In this document: piece by piece, positions 40,984 through 55,600 of the stretch | Layout of the letters: each line of letters starts with the position of its first letter | How positions within the stretch are numbered: position 1 is the stretch's first letter | Assembly: GCF_008831285.2 (NCBI RefSeq) | Contig: NC_045138.2 | Span: 3,162,001 to 3,226,000, forward strand | Direction of reading: 5' to 3' | Source: Nymphaea colorata | Lineage: Eukaryota | DNA: 64,000 nucleotides | Position numbers and translations under genes: made by a program | The notes under the pieces: model-generated | What the model was told of the DNA's origin: nothing | The model's input: only the letters and a program-made list of their open reading frames with translations | The model's database searches: none

Positions 40984-42003
40984 TCACTGCAACTGGTGCT
41001 CCTCCATGAAGGACTTGATCTCCGACAAGAGTTCGCGGGATTCCGGGAACTGCGGGAAAAGGTAGAAGGCGTGGACGACCTTCGGGTACTCAACGAGCCT
41101 CGCCTCCACCCCGGCCTTCCTCAGCCTCTCGTAGTAGAGCCTCTGCCTGTCCTGCAGCTGGTCGAATCCACCGATGACAACGAGGCTCCGAGGGAGACCC
41201 AGCCCCGCAAGGTCCGGCGCACGCGGCCCCAGGACGTTCGCCGATGGGTGATCCCTATCCGAACCATCCGGAAGGAACAGACGCCAGAGGTTGTCCGTCC
41301 TCTTCAGCGCCGCGATAGGGGCGTGCCTCAGCCGGAGCTCGGACGGCAGACGCTCCTCTCCGCCGAAGTATGGCTGGATCAGAACGTGGCCAGCGATCCT
41401 TAGCTGCCGGAAGTCGTCGCGATTCGGTGCCTCCGACTTCAACGTGGCGGCGATTCGGGACCCGACGTGGTGGACGATGTTCGCGCCGGCGCTGTCGCCG
41501 GCCAGGAAGCAGCGCCGGAGGTCAGCGGATTCCGGCAACCGCCCGGGCTTCGAGATCCATTTTACCGCGGCTTCGGCGTCGTCGTAGGCCGTCGGGAAGC
41601 GATGCTCCGGAGCGAGGCGGTAATCCACGGAGACGATGAAGGCTCGGAGCCTCCGCGCGAACCGCCGGCAGACGGCGTCGTAGTGCCTGGAGTTGGCCTT
41701 GAGGTAGACGAACCCTCCGCCGTGGAAGAAGACTACGACCGGGAGCTTCTCTCCGGCGGAGACTCCTGCCGGGCTGAAAAGACGTAACCAGAGACCCGTG
41801 CGCTCGTCGACGGTGAAATCAGCAGTGGAGACGCCTTTCACCGGCCGGTGGTTCGCCGGAGCCATGAACTCCAAGAACTCGAGGAGGCGGCGGTTGATCG
41901 TGCCGTCTTTCCGAACGGAGAAGTCCGCTACTGCACACATGACGTAGAAGAGAAGCTTCAGGTTCCATGGAATGGCTGGGGAAGCCATTTCCGACTTCGA
42001 CAT
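40984..42003 (-). CDS. Carboxylesterase, CXE18-like (HSL/GID1-like alpha/beta hydrolase), intronless
   Basis: RKDGTINRRLL N-terminus, HGGGF oxyanion hole, VDYRLAPEH, GDSAG nucleophile, GGFDQLQD (Asp) and VVHAFY (His), so the catalytic triad is complete. In-frame ATGs at 42126, 42003 and 41988; 42003 or 41988 best fits the family length. Confidence 0.93.
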   Translation of the reverse strand: MSKSEMASPAIPWNLKLLFYVMCAVADFSVRKDGTINRRLLEFLEFMAPANHRPVKGVSTADFTVDERTGLWLRLFSPAGVSAGEKLPVVVFFHGGGFVYLKANSRHYDAVCRRFARRLRAFIVSVDYRLAPEHRFPTAYDDAEAAVKWISKPGRLPESADLRRCFLAGDSAGANIVHHVGSRIAATLKSEAPNRDDFRQLRIAGHVLIQPYFGGEERLPSELRLRHAPIAALKRTDNLWRLFLPDGSDRDHPSANVLGPRAPDLAGLGLPRSLVVIGGFDQLQDRQRLYYERLRKAGVEARLVEYPKVVHAFYLFPQFPESRELLSEIKSFMEEHQLQ

Positions 42004-42531
42004 GAGGCAATGTGGTGGTTTTCCGGTCCGGTGGCCTCTGTTTCTTGGCGGGAACTCTCTTGAGTACCCACACCGCCGCCGCCGAAGAAGAAGATAAAGG
42101 CACTTCGTCCTGGTTGGGTGAACCATCCTTCTTAACCTAATGACGGATATACCCCCATCCTTTTCATTATTTAACGGAAAAAAGGTGGTTGTGGTCTTTT
42201 CATCGTTTGCAAAATGGGTAAGTGTTCAGTCCAGTCAATTTGTATAATTTGTTCAACAAATATTAAAAAAACCACATGAAGTTAACCAAAATTTAATAGG
42301 CTCAAATGTTTTTTTTTGAAAGACATAATTTGTAATTAGAAAGATTATGTTGAGTTTAAAACATTAGTAAACACCATTTTAATTCTTTAAAACAATGTTC
42401 CTTTTTTATTTTCAAAACAATGTCGAAATTGGTAGTAAAATGAAAATATGGGAGTCTATGCTTTTGTTGGATATAAAGGCAGTCAGACAGACCACCCACC
42501 ACATTGAGTGCAGTGTACAAACTCTCTTTCC

Positions 42532-42536
<5 letters not shown>

Positions 42537-42616
<80 letters not shown>
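42537..42616. repeat. Compound (CT)n(TA)n microsatellite
   Basis: Direct reading. Confidence 0.95.
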
Positions 42617-42627
<11 letters not shown>

Positions 42628-45600
42628 CCAGAAACTTATTTGTTAACTGAATATGAAGGGCAGATTCGTCTTTTTACCCACAGGGAAAATAAAGGCCAAA
42701 CCAATGAGATCCGTGTCTCCTGTAAACGTAGCCAATGGAGGTTAAAGTCCAACTCCAACGCCCAAGTAGTTATAAATTATAATAAATATAACTTTATTGA
42801 ATAAACTTTGTTCCCTTGACAATATATTTATCTTTTCATAGCGCTAAATTTCTCTTTTCTAAAAATAATATTAATTTTTTTTTATGTTCTACACTATGTT
42901 TTTTATGTAAAAACAGTAAAATGTAATGTGTTAAATTGTTCTCAGAGGACAAAATGAAGCCAACACCCAATAATTTCCTGTAATCTTCTTCTCTGATTTT
43001 GTTGTAATGTAAGAATTTGATGCTTGCTTCCCCTTCAAAGCAAAAATGACTTAATCTTCAGTTTTTTGTATCGTTTTGCCGTACTTGATCTTTTTATTTC
43101 TCCATCTGTAATTCAAGATCTTCATTTGTGCTCTAGGCTCTGATGTTCTGTCGAATCACTATCTATGTTCTGCATATAATGTAAGAATTTGATGCTTGCT
43201 TCCTTATTCATTTTGCTTTGTTTGTTCTTTTTATTTCTATTTTTCCTTGATGCAAACAAACACTAGATGAAAGTCCAGTGTATTCTAATCCAAAGTCCTA
43301 CAAACGCGCCTTGGGAAAAGACACGGGAGGTTGAAGGCTGAAATAAAGAAGGGAACAAAAGCCAACTTATTTTTGGGATTGGTCTCCGAGCCACAGACTG
43401 AAAGTGGGAAGTCTTTAAATCGGTTTGGTTAAACCACATGATCTTTTATTAAAGTTCCTGCTGAAGGGTGAAAGGTGCCACAACAACTCTCAACAAATTT
43501 TTAGAAATTCTTAAGGTCATGTTTGATGTCAAGGTGAAATTTGGAACGTTAAAGCTACCATGAAAAAAAAAATCCATGGTAAAAAGTTGGACCTCAAAGG
43601 GTCCGATTTCTTTGCATTGCAGGGTACAATTACCATGTTCCATGTAATTTTTTTGTGCATGATTTGAAAAGGGAAAGTCGTACAAAAACTTGCAGTTTCC
43701 TCGATGCACAGTAAAATTCTTGTGCATCGAACATGACCTAAATGTGAATGTAGATGAATGCGGGTACCCTTGATGGGCCAGACTTGGGCAAACTATCAAA
43801 CCGGTGGACCTATCGAGTCAGGCCTGCTCGGGCCTAGTATCAAATGTGGCTCACTATTTATTTCATTGTCTTTTTATCTCTCTCTCTCTCTCTCTCATCT
43901 TCCTTGGCAAGACATCAGTGGCTGGCTCTTCATCAACCACAGTCTGTGCCAACAGGTCCATGTTGTCTTTCCTGATATATCTACAAACTCTTGACAATAG
44001 TTTAGGGTTTTTCCAGCATCTGTTTTTTTTTTTTTTTTTTTTCGTCCGCTGGACCGAGCTAGCAGGCCTAGACCCTGAAGTTGACAATCGGGCTCGACCT
44101 GATCAATTATTGAGTTAGGCCTAGTTTATTGGACATGACCAACCCAACTTTTTCAAGCCTCAGACCAGCCCGGCTCGATGCCCAGCCTATACAAAATAAG
44201 ACTAATGTTGAAAAAATAGTTTGGGAATCAAATTGGTCAAGCTGGTGATTCAGCAACCCAATTGAATCGGCAGTGGATCATCAGAAGAACATTTTCTTAC
44301 CTAATTGAGTTTTTCAAGAAGTAAATGAAAGGTTTATGCAAAATCCAATTGAAATAAAAGAACTTTTCAAAATGTTCAAAAAAAAAAACCATTAAATGGT
44401 ATCACGTCGCACTCATAATCAGTCATCAAATGAAATTGATTCGCCACTAGTTTGATTTGAATCGACAGATTAAGATCGACGTTAACAATGTGACCGAGTT
44501 CATATGGCCACCACGAGTAACAGTCAATGCGGTAGACATACATTACAACTACCCACTTCCCTGCCATAAAAGAAAATTGTTTGGCTTCCATCTCACATCT
44601 CAACCATGTTTGCAACCACCCAAATAAAAAGCATTATTCCAGTCCCCATCTCAAAGAGGCTGTTTGTTTGGTAAAGGGAACACTTGTAAATATTCAATGA
44701 ATCTGCCATGAACACCTAATTTTAATGCTTTATGTATCTGCTCCAATTTTCAGGATTGATTTATAAAACATTCACATAATGTTCCAACTGCCAAGTGACC
44801 CCTAAATGATATGTGTCTGTTGAGATGCATTGGGCAATGTCAAGCCCCATGAACTACAATAAATTAAGCGAAAACGAAAATTTAAAAAAATATATTACTA
44901 ACCTATTTGCCAATATATTAATAATAATGGTGGTGTCAAATAATATTGAGCACCTATCTGTTTTGATTGTTTTAGTTGATTTAAATTGTTTCTAAAGTAG
45001 AAGAAAAACGAAATGGATCAGTAGGAGCTGATCGGTAACTTCACGCCAAGTTTGTCCATGGTGGAAAATTCTGGGGATCAAAAGGCAATTTTATCATGTT
45101 TGGGTTATGTATTTTGTTATTTGGTTGCCTAGTTATATTTAAAGGTTTACTTTTTGAGGAAAAAATTGTTCCACAATCTTTAAGAAACGTGATTGTAGAC
45201 AAAGGAACTCAATTACATTGATTGGAGATATACAGAAGGAATAATCAAAGTAATAGAGCAGCCTGCTACTTTTGATATCTTAGAACTAATTGCTGCCAGT
45301 GGCTGCTATCAAACCACAACCATGCAAACTAGATAGTAGGAGACAAACAACTAGTGCGAACAGAAGAGCAATCTGGAAAAACAAGGGATTTCTCCCGTTC
45401 ACAAATCCAAACGCCTTTGCTTCAAGAAAAAATCCTGTGAAATTCTTTATAGGTTGAGCATGTTTCCAACATAAAATCATTCCCAAGCCACTTGTTGCAC
45501 ATGAGATGTCATATCAATAGCGAAAAGTTTCAATCTCCGTAGTCATTTAAGATTTCAAGTTTTTTTCTTTGTGGCTTGTAACAGAGATGAATAAACTCTG

Positions 45601-46650
45601 AGATGTACACAGGCACAGGGACGGAGGAGACACTGCAGGGTTTTGGGCACCACTGGTTACACCAGCCACTTCTGGAGATAGATCCATCTACCAGTCCACC
45701 AGCAGAAGAAGAACAGGAGACAGAGGCAGTCTGCTGCTCTTCTCCGGTAAGAGAGGTAATGAAGAGACCTGCAGCAACTGGACAATCGCCGACCATGGTT
45801 GTTGGGACGTCTAAATCAGAGATTGTTGGGACTTAAGATTCTTGGATTACGTTATCTCGAGATGTACATTACACAATTTCTAACTTCTCTAGACATGTTT
45901 CGACAAATTCAACCTGGTCTTCCTCAATAAGTAAATAAATTTCTGAAAAAAGTTCATTGAGTCATCAGTGGAAGAAGACACAGTCTTAGTCGTTTTACAA
46001 ATTCAAGCCCAATGTCAAAATATTATTGTTTGGAGAAAATGTGTTTTTTGATTTCCAAATGTTTAAGGGTTGCCAACCAAAAAATGGACATATTAATTCT
46101 ATTGATAGTTCGCACAGCTAAATTTGGTAAAAAGGTAAACCCAGATGTTATTTCCATCAAGAAGGATTGAGTTCTCTCATAAAAATGGGCACTTAGTGTT
46201 ACACATATACACATGCACATATGCTTCGGGCAAATACTAACTACCAAAACAGGTCCACTCAATTATATGCATAAATAGTAGCTGAATTTCATTATGTACT
46301 CACTAATGATAGCGTTTGCATATTTTCCAAATCTTCAAAACAGCAGGTACATACAGTTTAATCGCACAGAGATATCACGAAACGATGTTCTCACCTCTAT
46401 CTACAGACAAAATTGCATGTCACTCATTATCACTGGAAAAGCACTGATCCTCTTCAGAAAAGATTAAGAAACAAACCTCCAACATGCTTCCCCTAGTTTA
46501 TTTCTGCCTCATTCCAGGAACGAAGAAAGGGGAGCAAACCGCTCTGCGGAAAATGGTTTAATTGCTGACGTAGGAAGAGCTTCAAGGCAAGATTTGACTC
46601 TTATCATGTGATGCCCTTCACTGGTGGACAGCAACACGGGCACCAAACCA

Positions 46651-49600
46651 CTATTTCCTCGTCTTGTCCAGAACTTCAATGTATCGTTTGTTAATCCCGT
46701 AATGCTCCACGAGATGTCGGGCCAGGTCATCGATCACTCCACCTTGGACCAGTACCTCATGCTGGCCCTTTTTACCTGGAAAAAGTATAAAAGATTAGAA
46801 GAATGCTAGAACTTCAATTCAGGTCTCTCATTGCATATTATAGAGGGAGATGCAGATACTGCTGACCTTATCAGGTAACAAATAGTAACCAGAGGCGCAA
46901 ACCTCATTGTGCGGCAAAAGATTTAATAGTTCTTCAAAGCATTTTATTTTCTTGGATCATACCAGCATGTGTAATATATATTTTAACTATGAAAGGGAAA
47001 ACTTCAGCATTATAAAATTACGCAAAGGAATTATTTTATCACGTCAATATTGAACAAGATGACATCCACAAACTAAAGAAAACTTTTTAACATATCACAG
47101 TTTCCTTGGCATCAAAATTACGCACAAAAAATAATGGCTAAAAAACACAATTATGTCATCATGCTAACAAGCAGCAGATGAAACCATTCAGCCATGCCAA
47201 GCATATCACAAGAATCAGAAGACAGAACTACATGTTCGTCATGATTAATAGTCACCAAAGGTACACCCAAAACATTTGAAGCAAACCTGCAAAAAGCACA
47301 TCGAGAACTTTTCTTCCATAGAATATGCCTTGAAGTAAAATTTGAGCATATTACAGACAAAAACCTTTTCATTTTGTGCTACTAATCATGACCATCAACT
47401 GGATAGCAGGAGCTTTTACTATAAGTTAACAAAATTTTCGAACTTAATCCAATTTTTCAAAACTTATATTCTGGCAGTGACTTTCCACCAAAGATGTGGT
47501 GATTGAGGATCTTTTTTTCCCCTTCACATAAGAAGGTTACAAATTTAAACCTCTGAACTTCAAAACTTGGAAATCATTTTGGCAATAAAAACTACTTAGA
47601 GATGAAAAAGAAAAACTGAAATAATCAAATGCATGACTAACTTCAAGACCCGGACATCGCAATTGCCTTCACAATCAAAAGCTTATGTCACTACTGTAAG
47701 AAGTCACCACTCGGATATTTCTTGTTTAAACCGCAAAATATTTTACAAATATCCTTCCGCTAGGTCACATTGATGTGGCCGGGGATATAGGGCAACAGCC
47801 ATTTTTACATAGTCTAAAATATAATTTGCATTGTAAGGGGAGATGAGCAGGCAACAAGAATGGAGTGTCCATATGAGAATTCTCAAAGATAAACTCATAG
47901 CATGAATTCCACTTCTTTTGGGAACAAACAGAAACACATAAATGCATCATGAGACACAAGGCAACAGTGTAAAATGCACCTGGCAGTTCAGCCACTGATG
48001 TACTACAGGCAAACTTCTTCTGAAGCTCTGAAGCCAGAGATTCTGGATCTATCAAGAAAGATTCCAAGCCGGAGACCCTTGTCACTTTCTTATTTCCTTG
48101 CCTGCGTTCGCTCATTATCTGAACTGGTTTAACTGCACCTTTTCGAATTGTGGACTCACTGCCTCTAGTCACCCTATGATGAACTTGCATCCTGTTCAGG
48201 AATGCTGCCCCCAAGTCCTTTTTGTGAATTTCTGTTGGATAAGCTGCACCCTTCTTCACTGATCCTTTATACAGTGCATCACATAAAGCAGCGTCAAGAA
48301 CTATAATGGCCTTGTTTGTAGGCTTCACCAAATTCTCTTTTTCAATGTATGAGAATACAATTTCAGAGGCCTCTGATGCACAAAAGTACTTCCCAGGATC
48401 AGCCCCAACAGCAGCAAGGATTGGATTGACATGAGTAGTTGATTTATAGATCTCCACCATGTCAAGCTGTGTTCTTGCCTGATGTGAACTAGTGACCTCT
48501 GAACCCTCAACTGCACTAGCCGGCTTGTGCTTCTCAGGCCTAAATGATGTATAATCTGGATGAGTACGGTTCACCGAAATCAAAACAACCTCTTTTTTAT
48601 GCTTGTCTTCCTTTGCTGAGATCTGCGCAAGCATATAATTAGCATTTAGTATGAAGAAGCTAAAAGAAAAAGGAGATGCTTGAAGCCACCTACAAAATGG
48701 GAAGTAATAGTCTTATTTATGAGAGGTAAGTAATGGTCTTATTTATGAGAGGTACTTAAATAATGGTCTGACTAGAATAACTTTATTATGTTTATGCAAG
48801 TGAAAGGCCTGAAAACTTCTGGCTAAGAAAGCAGTTTTCCCAATCAAAATTCAAAATCATGTAGACGTAATTTAGCTCTACTATAACACAGAACCCTTCA
48901 ACAATGATGAAGCTCCATGCACATGAAGGACAATAAAACGAGGATTGTGTTGCACTTCTTTTCAATGCGAAGTGGACAATGTAACATGGTTGCTGCACTG
49001 TGCACTGAGTTCACTGCAGCTGTAGCTGCTAATACTTGATAATGCACCAACATTTTTTTCTGAAAAATGGTGCACCAACACCCACACTCATGTGGCAAAG
49101 AAACACATGTAACTAACAGAAATGGGCTTTGAAACATTAAACCAGACTCCCTTGCAATCAAATCAGCCAGAAAGGCGACACATACCAAACCAGCAGAAGA
49201 TTTGGACTGCAACCACTTTGAGAGTTTCTTGTGTGATGATTTTTTAATATCAAGGGTCACGCCTGCAGGCCTACAGGGCAAGACATGGCTCGACCTGTAC
49301 AAACAACAAGAAGAAAAGAAATTTGTAGAGCCGCAGATAAAATGATAGAAATTAAATACAGAAAAAGACATGAAAAAAAAAAGACAATTGTTTGGGTGCT
49401 CAACTATAGTGAGTAATGGAAACCACAAATGAGCATGACAAGAATATTCCATTATATGCATTTCTGTGCCTACAGAGAGAGAGAGATGATGATGATTGAT
49501 GAGAGTTTTGTTAGAAGTCACCAATCCATAATGAACAACTTATTCAACAGTAGTATGATTAAACCAGTAAATGGATCCTTCAGCATGCAAGTATACAACT

Positions 49601-52600
49601 CAGAAAGAGATGACAAATGAGAATTGTAAGACAAGTGCCAGGCATGCTGGAAATCCAGCGGAGCCCATTTGTGACATGGCCCAGATTCCTAAGTAAGGCA
49701 GCAGCTAGGAACTTTCTAGTTTCTACAACGGGTGAAAGCCTGAGGGAGCATGCCGCATGGAGGTAGAAGGCCTACGGGAACTTTTACAAGTTCAAGTAGA
49801 CAGATACGGATATCATTAATGGTAGACACTATGCCTACTTTATTCTTAAGTGCAAACTGCAATTATCTCAAAGACTTTTTTCTAAATTCCAGTACAAGCC
49901 AAGTACAAGCCAAAGTTCTCTGTTCGAATATTTTCTATATAACCTTTATCCACATTTACATTTTTAGTGTTTACAACAACTTGAAAGAAAGCAATCTAGT
50001 GTTCTTAAGAAAACTAGCAAACTCATATATGTTTGCAAGACAATCACAATAAAGCAACCAAATCTAAAATACTAATTAGTTCTCCATCAATCTAAAATAG
50101 AATATAAATTACCATAAAGCACTTCCAGACATAGGAAGATCTTTATCTTTAATAGTAGTGTGCAGGGCTTGCAAAAGACATTTGTCCAAAAGGATGTCAA
50201 TTTCCTCAGAGGACAGCACATGCTGCTCTTTATCATCAGTATGTTCTTCAGCAACAGTAGCCGAAACCTCATCTGCCACCCTTAGAGTGTCAAAATCTGA
50301 TGTCATCTGACTGGCAGTATCACCCTCAACCTCTATGTGGGCGGAGACACCAGCACTCTGTTCTGGAGTTGCTGCCTCTGCATCCATCACTTTTTGATGT
50401 GTTTCATTAGCATTAGTATCATGCAGATGGAATGAATCATTGTGAACTTCTTCAGAAGAGGCTTGTTCTGCGCTGACCTCCACTAGAGCTGGATCCTCAA
50501 TAACCATATCTTCCAAGAACCCTGCATTAGGTACAAGCCGTCCTTCTACAGATTCCCTGAGAGCAATATATGGAACTAGTTTCACCCAGCAGCTTGATCA
50601 AGTTAAGTTGAATTTCACATGTTTGATCTATCTAGAACACTCACCACAATGAGTCATGGTAACAGTGCAATATGTGCAAAGCCTTACCACGCAAACCGGC
50701 TTTTACTGCTTCAGCAGAACTCATCATGGTAGACCCCACCTATACAAAAGGAAGTGATTATTAGCTAAAATTTAACTTGGGAATACAGTAATTTAACAGT
50801 CAATCTATGCATATTTGCCCAAGCAATTCTTACCGCAATTGGAGCATTGTTGCCAGGAACCTTCACTGACCAGGGCTGCCCAGCCAAGAATGGAGGTAGA
50901 CCATCAGGAGGTATGCTAATACCAGGAAACATCAAATCTGCACCACTGATTACAAAGCGAGATACTTCACCACCCTTGAGAACAAAAGCTGGCAACAGCT
51001 CAGGGACTTTCCAGAGTGCAAAAACTGCCACAGATGTAGAGATTGGATTTATAACCAAAAAGTTTTAACCTTCACTATTAAACTACAAATTTAATGCAGA
51101 TACTTGAGAAAAAAATTGTCCAACAACTGGTTCATCAGGGGCAATATTCATGCAGATACTGCAGTTACTTGAAAGTTGAAAGGCTTGAGCCACATGCTTC
51201 TTTCCACTAATATGCTAGGAGAGTAAAGACTATATCAAATGAACGAACATGAGTTCTGTCACATAAGTATTTTATACAGTCCTTTCTCCTCTCCCTTTCC
51301 TATAGATATTGAAAAATAACTCTAAAAATAGAATGAAAACTGAGTTGGAAAAAATAAAATCACGTAAAAATTAAGCAGTTTCGATCTAAAAAAGTACCCA
51401 AGTGCATCCAAGTACCCACTGTGGGTACGGGCACACGGGTACGTGAACCTTATTGAAGTATCCATGTAATTTCTGGCCCAATGGAACCCAACGCACCACT
51501 CCATATCTGGTCCTCCCCCCACCCCCCTTTTCCTGGTTCAATATTTGTTCTCCAAGATCTTCATTTCCGTCTAGAAGCAAACTGTCCAAATTTATGACCA
51601 ACCTTCGGTGATCCATTCTCTAAAACAAATGACACAATGGATCCTTTAATTCTATACCATATTTGCATTCGGTAATTATGGAATGGTTTAACTTCATCAA
51701 AGAGAAACTAAGTAAACCTTTCAACTTATAAGATTTTTACTCTGGTCATTCAAATAAAGATTTTGACATTCTATAATGTTTTACTCCAAATGGAAGCTCT
51801 CAGTCATATTCAAAAGCCAAATTTGAACTCAACAATCAGATATCCCTCTAAAGGCAGCTTTGGCATCGATAGAAGAAGTTTCTTAGGACATAGAAAATTC
51901 ACTAGACAAATGTCTGCCTCCATGTAATACTGTGCCCATCCTAAATATAGTGGTGAATTCAAGAACAGGAAGCAAGGCTTTCAATATGAATCTTCAACAG
52001 TCTTCCTAATTTAAAATCATATTCCAGTTGCAATTTCAATAAACATAATAGCAATTTTAGTATAAGAAGTTTGGAATGTATTAAAAAAGCACTCAAGTAA
52101 AACAGGCATTTGAACTGCCTTGCCATTTCATGTTGCTGACTTGCTTCTTACTACTTTCCTGCTGCCCGCTAGTTATTTTCCTTAGTAAGTGAAAAGCTCG
52201 AACGAGATGAAAGCACATAAGTTCAAAGTTCAAACGCAAAAAGGAAGAAGGTGCAATAACAAGATAGGCCGGAATCAATTATTACCAGTTGGAAACAACT
52301 CAGATCCTCTACCATCAACATCGAAAAGTATTGGAAGGCCACCTTCTATGGAGTATACATGAGCTCGATTAGGAAACTTCGCAACAGTTATTTCCACCTA
52401 TCACACAAAGTGAAGACAAAAGGAATCAAGCGCATTGACCTTCGAAACATTAAAAAAATACAGACAAAGTGGAATAAATTGATGAGTGAAAAAAAATAAT
52501 AATAAAACACAAATGAAGTATCAGGAATCTCAAAGGGGCAGCAATATGCTTATGTTCGAGACAGAAAGCATGATAACCCAAATAAACACTACCTACAAGA

Positions 52601-55600
52601 TCATATGTGTTCATAGCTAACTATGACAATTTCCTTTTTAGGACCAGCATCCAAGAGATCCAGGCAAGATGCAGTTGTCATAAGCACAAGCCTCGTCCAT
52701 CTTGGGACAAACAGTTACTGAAGACTGTTAATATAGAGCTCCAAGATGACCAATAGTTACAGAAGAATGTCAATATAGAGTTTCACGATGACCAGACTTT
52801 CAGGAAAGTATAGGATTCATGAGAAGAAAAGGAAGCAAACACCACAAACCTCAGCAGTACAGAAGAACTGTTACAAATGATAAGCTAGGGTGAGATAAGA
52901 CATGCTAACAATGGAAATGATAGTGTGTGTTGGAGAGCAGAAGGAGAAATAACTAGCAACTCAATTGAGAAAGGCAGTAACAGATATCATGGAACATCCA
53001 GACATGGTACTACTGTGTCCATGTTTACAATTAGTTTAAGAATAAAACCCACATTCTCAACCTAAGACATAAATAGCACAGCTTCCTGCATCTGTTTTCA
53101 GTTATTTTGGGAGATTTCAAAGTGTTTTGCAGAAATCACCAAGAAAACTGCTGATGTTCATGCATACATACATATGGTTTCAGGAAAAACATTCGTGTGA
53201 TCCCTGTTGGTCCAGAACCCTTGGGATGTGATGTTTTTACACACATCTGCGGATTGGGTCACATCCCTTTCGATTCTTCCATGATATATCATGGCGTAAG
53301 ACATTTTCACATTCTTAGATGTTTTATCATGATTATACTAGATACAGATCTCATTTTCATGTATTCCTTGATGAGTAAAAAATCGCAGGAGATAATAAGT
53401 ATTTTCTTTTTTTTTTGGAAAATTATTGGAAAATCTAAGTAAAATCTAAATGAGAAAGTATAGTGTCACATATCTTTTCAACAAGTTATTTAACAACAAC
53501 ATGTTTTTTTAAGCCAATGTTTTCATTTAAAACATTTAAAAGTGCATGATGTTAATAATAAGATAGCAGTAGATTTTCTTGCATGGTTTGTAAAAGGAAG
53601 AGCTCAGAATAATGAATAAATGGTAGCACTTGAGGAAGACATAATAATGGAAGCCACAAATCATTGCTGAATGGTTGAGTAACCTGACTGGCTACCTCTT
53701 ACATCCGCAAATAAAATTTAAAACTAGGTTCTTCCTTGGACAGTTAGTGTGAGGCAAAACAACTGTTTTATAGTGATCCCATATGCAAAACACACACACA
53801 GGGTTTACAGAATATGTAAACTAAGGAAATATCAAGCCATCTATCCTAACCAATATCACAATATTTTTGAAAATATCATGATATTAACAAGAAAAACAGA
53901 AGAAAACCCAAAAAAATGTATTCATGAAAGAAAAACATAAAATAAATTATAGTGTTTTTTTATGACTTTTTTTCCCTTTTTCCCGACTTTTCTTTTCTTT
54001 AGTCAATATCATCATAAATTTAACTTAAAACTTAAATGAAGTTAATTATCATCAATTTTATCATCATTAAAACATTACTTTTATCATGTTATCTAGCTTT
54101 TTAGTGTCTTCTTGTTAGATCCTCATTTTACCTAATTTTTAGATTTTCCTGAGAAAGACAACTTTGACGAAAAATACCGAAAAATACATGACATAGTGAT
54201 TAGAGTTCCTCACTCTAATCCCTGCAGGAAAAGCACCAAAAAACAAAGAATGAAAGAGAAAATACGAAAAAGAAAGGGAATTCAATAACAAAAGAGAATT
54301 AAGATTTTTCTAATCATCAATTAGCATAAAACAAAAGAAAGGGGGTCTTTCAAGAGGCCTAAACCCTAAATCCGAATTGGATCCTGGATCCACTAAGCCA
54401 AAGGGTCCAAATAAGAAATAACAACAATGCCAAATAAAACCAAATCTAAAACCTAACTGGATCCGAATCTGGTATCTGATCTATCACTAAACCATACTGC
54501 GTCAATCGCCCCGGGTTGAAACATTCAGCTCTTGACAAGCTATCGTGTTGTAGGTGAGCCACAATGTTGTCCATGGACCACCTGGAGTAGGTGCACAGGT
54601 GTCCGCAGCTTGGTGGGGTAGGAATGAAACAGAATCCACTACGAAGTGCATCACCTGCATGAGTACTCGGTGGTGGGACTATTGTCGACAAAATTCTGCC
54701 GAGTATATGACTTGTCTGAGCTCACTATAAGTTTGATGTTTCATTTGAATATAAGGTAATAAACCGACCAATAAACCATGCCAATCCCTATAAAACAGAG
54801 TGATAATGCTTGATACCTTATCAAAATCCTTCCCTGTAATATAACTACACTTCCCTAGTAGGTAACAGAACAACTTTTCCCCCCTTAAATTTGAAGGGCA
54901 TAAGTGCCCTTCTAGCCATTGTGAATAGTTGTATGATCCACTACTACAAACACCCTAATCAAATATGACTGGCAGTCCTAGGGGCTATATCACACCAAAC
55001 CTCATCCTCACAGTAGTCTCCCATAGAAAATTTCACTAAGCACCTATGGGTTATAAGAGACTTAATCTCCCCTCTTGAACCACGACACCTTATAAGGATG
55101 AAGTAGCTTCTCAGTCTGTAGATGTAACTTATCAACAATGTTTTGAGAAACAGAAACCATATTTTTACACAACCTACCATCTATTACGACATTGCAGACA
55201 TGTCCTTCACAGTGACACTTTGTCATAAAAAAGTTGTTTCGCAACCATCTATGGTTTGATAGGCTTTTCAGAGTTACTAAGATATGACACACAGATAAGA
55301 AGTTATAGATGATGTCATCACCATTATATATGACAACCTCCTAATCAGTATTGGAGTCAGTTTCCAACTCACTTTGGGTATCCTCATGATCAGACTTGAC
55401 GGTTTTGTCTTTGGGTTCAGGCATGACAGTTCGTTTGACAACATTAGGACACTGACTGGATATGCCGCCGCTCATGACATTTAAAACAATAGATAGAAGT
55501 GTCAACAGTAGAAGATTTTGACCAAGTATTAAAGGAAGAGCCCTTTTCTTTATTGGAGGTCGCATGTTTAGACTAGGACTTCAAGCTAAAGTCTTCCAAC

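Noticed and set aside
40900..42103. Several overlapping ORFs on both strands over the CXE gene
   Set aside because: Expected by-product of high GC (few stops); no recognisable domains.
42502..42513. CATTGAGTGCAG, 12-nt match to miR397
   Set aside because: The 3' half diverges and no hairpin partner is visible.
45530..45836. GC-richer patch with 88-aa and 77-aa ORFs downstream of eIF2D
   Set aside because: No recognisable homology or clear gene structure.
47765..47979. ORF extension past eIF2D exon 7
   Set aside because: Intron read-through; the conserved SUI1 end is encoded by exon 46775-46651.
54361..54370. AAACCCTAAA telomere/telo-box motif (telomerase RNA template?)
   Set aside because: Single copy inside an LTR remnant; no USE/TATA Pol III promoter nearby.
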